This document shows positions 62,471 to 64,000 of a stretch of 64,000 nucleotides of DNA, in pieces. Below the pieces are notes generated by a model, which was not told the DNA's origin, did not search any database, and saw only the letters and a list, made by a program, of their open reading frames with translations. Position numbers and translations under genes: made by a program. Source of the DNA: an uncultured Pelagibacteraceae bacterium (GTDB lineage: Bacteria; Pseudomonadota; Alphaproteobacteria; Pelagibacterales; Pelagibacteraceae); assembly GCA_902611465.1 (NCBI GenBank), contig CACLZS010000001.1, forward strand, positions 72,636 to 136,635. The letters are read 5' to 3'. The first letter of the stretch is position 1. Every line of letters begins with the position of its first letter.

Positions 62471-64000
62471 ATGACAGAAAATTCAAAAGTACTAGCATTA
62501 AAATATAGACCTCAAGTATTTGAGGATTTAATTGGCCAAAAAATTATTGCTGAAACAATTAAAAATTCAATAATTTCAGACAAGTCACCTAATGCATTCT
62601 TGTTTACAGGTATTAGGGGTGTAGGAAAAACAACTTTCGCAAGAATAGTTGCAAAATCATTAAATTGTGAGCATGGAATTGAAAACATGTGTAAGAAAAA
62701 ATGTAGTAACTGTGATTCAATTACAAACTCAAATCATATTGACGTTTTGGAAATGGATGCTGCAAGTAAGACTGGCGTTGATGATGTCAGAGAGCTTATT
62801 GAATTTTCAAGATATGGACCAACAACCGCTAAATATAAAATATTTATTATTGATGAAGTTCATATGTTAAGTAAGCAAGCATTTAATGCACTTTTAAAAA
62901 CATTAGAGGAACCACCAAAATATTTAAAATTTATTTTTGCAACAACTGAAATCAAAAAGATACCTGTAACGGTAATTTCAAGATGTCAGCGTTTTGATCT
63001 CTCTAGAGTGAAATCTGAGGAGCTTTTTAATTATATAAAAATGATTAAAGATAAAGAAGGCGGTAAAGTTTCTGATGAAGCTTTAAAATTAATTGTTAAA
63101 ATTTCAGAAGGATCAGTTAGAGATGCATTATCTTTGTTAGATCGTGGACTTGTAGCTAATCAAAATGATGAGGAATTAAATCTAGACAAAGCACAAAGTA
63201 TTTATGGATACTTTGATAAAAGTTCTCTGATAGAGTTAATTAAAAATCTGTTTAGTGGTGATGAAAAAAAAGTATTTGAGTTGTATAGAAAGATTTACGA
63301 TTCTGGTGTAGATCCAAAAATCTTTTTGAATGATTTCCTTGAGGTCTTATATTATCTAAAAAATATTAATTTTATAAAATTAGATGGAAATAATTTTTCT
63401 TTAAATGATCAAGATTTTAGTAATCTTTCAACAATATCTGAAAATTTAGATTCCAAGGACATAATCCTTTTTTGGCAATTTACCCTTGATACAATTGAGG
63501 AAATTAACATTGTTTCAAATCCAAATTTATCAGTCGAAATGTTCCTTTTCAGATTAATGAGAATAAAAGGTTTTAAGGAGAAAGATGATGAGGAAAACTT
63601 CACTGAGAAAAAACAAGATACTTTAATTAAAAAACCTGAAAAAAAAATTTCAAATAAAACAATAGATCAAATCAAAAATGTTTCTCAACAAGAAAAAATT
63701 GAACCAAATTTAAATAAAGATGAAGTAATTAATGAACTTAAAATTGGTTCATTTGAAAGTTTGATAAATTTATGTACAGAAAGAAAAGAAGCTAAGCTTA
63801 AATATGAGCTTGAAACTAATACAAATTTAGTTTCATTCTCTGAGGGTTTAATAGAAATATCTTTTAATGAAAACTTAGACAAAGACTTTATTAAAAATCT
63901 ATCTAACAAACTGTACGAATGGACATCTAAGAGATGGATTATCTCTCTATCAAAAAACCAAGGGCAAATTTCAAAAAAAGAAAAAAATAAAATTGATGAG
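62471..64000 (+). CDS. dnaX: DNA polymerase III subunit gamma/tau (3'-truncated by window edge)
   Basis: Hand translation LALKYRPQ, GIRGVGKTT, Zn cysteines, IIDEVHML, SRC; missing from ORF track because no stop lies in the window. Confidence 0.96.
   Translation, partial: MTENSKVLALKYRPQVFEDLIGQKIIAETIKNSIISDKSPNAFLFTGIRGVGKTTFARIVAKSLNCEHGIENMCKKKCSNCDSITNSNHIDVLEMDAASKTGVDDVRELIEFSRYGPTTAKYKIFIIDEVHMLSKQAFNALLKTLEEPPKYLKFIFATTEIKKIPVTVISRCQRFDLSRVKSEELFNYIKMIKDKEGGKVSDEALKLIVKISEGSVRDALSLLDRGLVANQNDEELNLDKAQSIYGYFDKSSLIELIKNLFSGDEKKVFELYRKIYDSGVDPKIFLNDFLEVLYYLKNINFIKLDGNNFSLNDQDFSNLSTISENLDSKDIILFWQFTLDTIEEINIVSNPNLSVEMFLFRLMRIKGFKEKDDEENFTEKKQDTLIKKPEKKISNKTIDQIKNVSQQEKIEPNLNKDEVINELKIGSFESLINLCTERKEAKLKYELETNTNLVSFSEGLIEISFNENLDKDFIKNLSNKLYEWTSKRWIISLSKNQGQISKKEKNKIDE

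Noticed and set aside
63639-63647. A9 run in dnaX as a gamma-subunit slippage site
   Set aside because: The position is plausible, but A8-A10 runs occur throughout this window and no stimulatory hairpin or SD-like element is evident.

Overview
AT-rich, extremely compact core-genome segment of an alphaproteobacterium, most likely Candidatus Pelagibacter (SAR11). This assignment is inferred from very short or overlapping intergenic spaces, gcrA, regB, cobST, an A73-type tRNA-His and the gene order. Contents in order: thrS(partial)-infC-rpmI-rplT-pheST-lepA, a two-methyltransferase islet around tRNA-Ser, gyrB-regB, bolA/dnaJ-like/cobST, aroKB, def-fmt-truA, rpmH-rnpA-yidD-yidC-argB-nucleotidase-dapD-dapE-HDAC-like-SET, tRNA-Thr, dcd-murA-hisD-infA-tRNA-Phe-cspA, tRNA-His-hisS-hisZ-hisG, an rmuC/PD-(D/E)XK/ExoI nuclease trio, trxA, rnd-kdsD-lptC-lptB-aroA-cmk-rpsA-ihfB-pyrF-trpFBA-accD-folC, gcrA, argD-argF, cytochrome c, kdsB-pheA, SRP RNA and dnaX(partial). 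No rRNA, CRISPR array, integrase or transposase was seen. Best leads: (1) a His-rich leader peptide with a hairpin in front of tRNA-His-hisS-hisZ-hisG; (2) tandem NrdR-like boxes, 31 bp apart, over the gcrA promoter; (3) a tryptophan synthase with a remodelled active site and co-varied alpha/beta interface; (4) an adjacent SET-domain and HDAC-family pair; (5) three tandem nucleases, one phage-like; (6) a RegA-type palindrome at the cytochrome c gene; (7) a coiled-coil-extended LptC with no lptA beside it. All family calls come from motif recognition by eye; no database searches were run.
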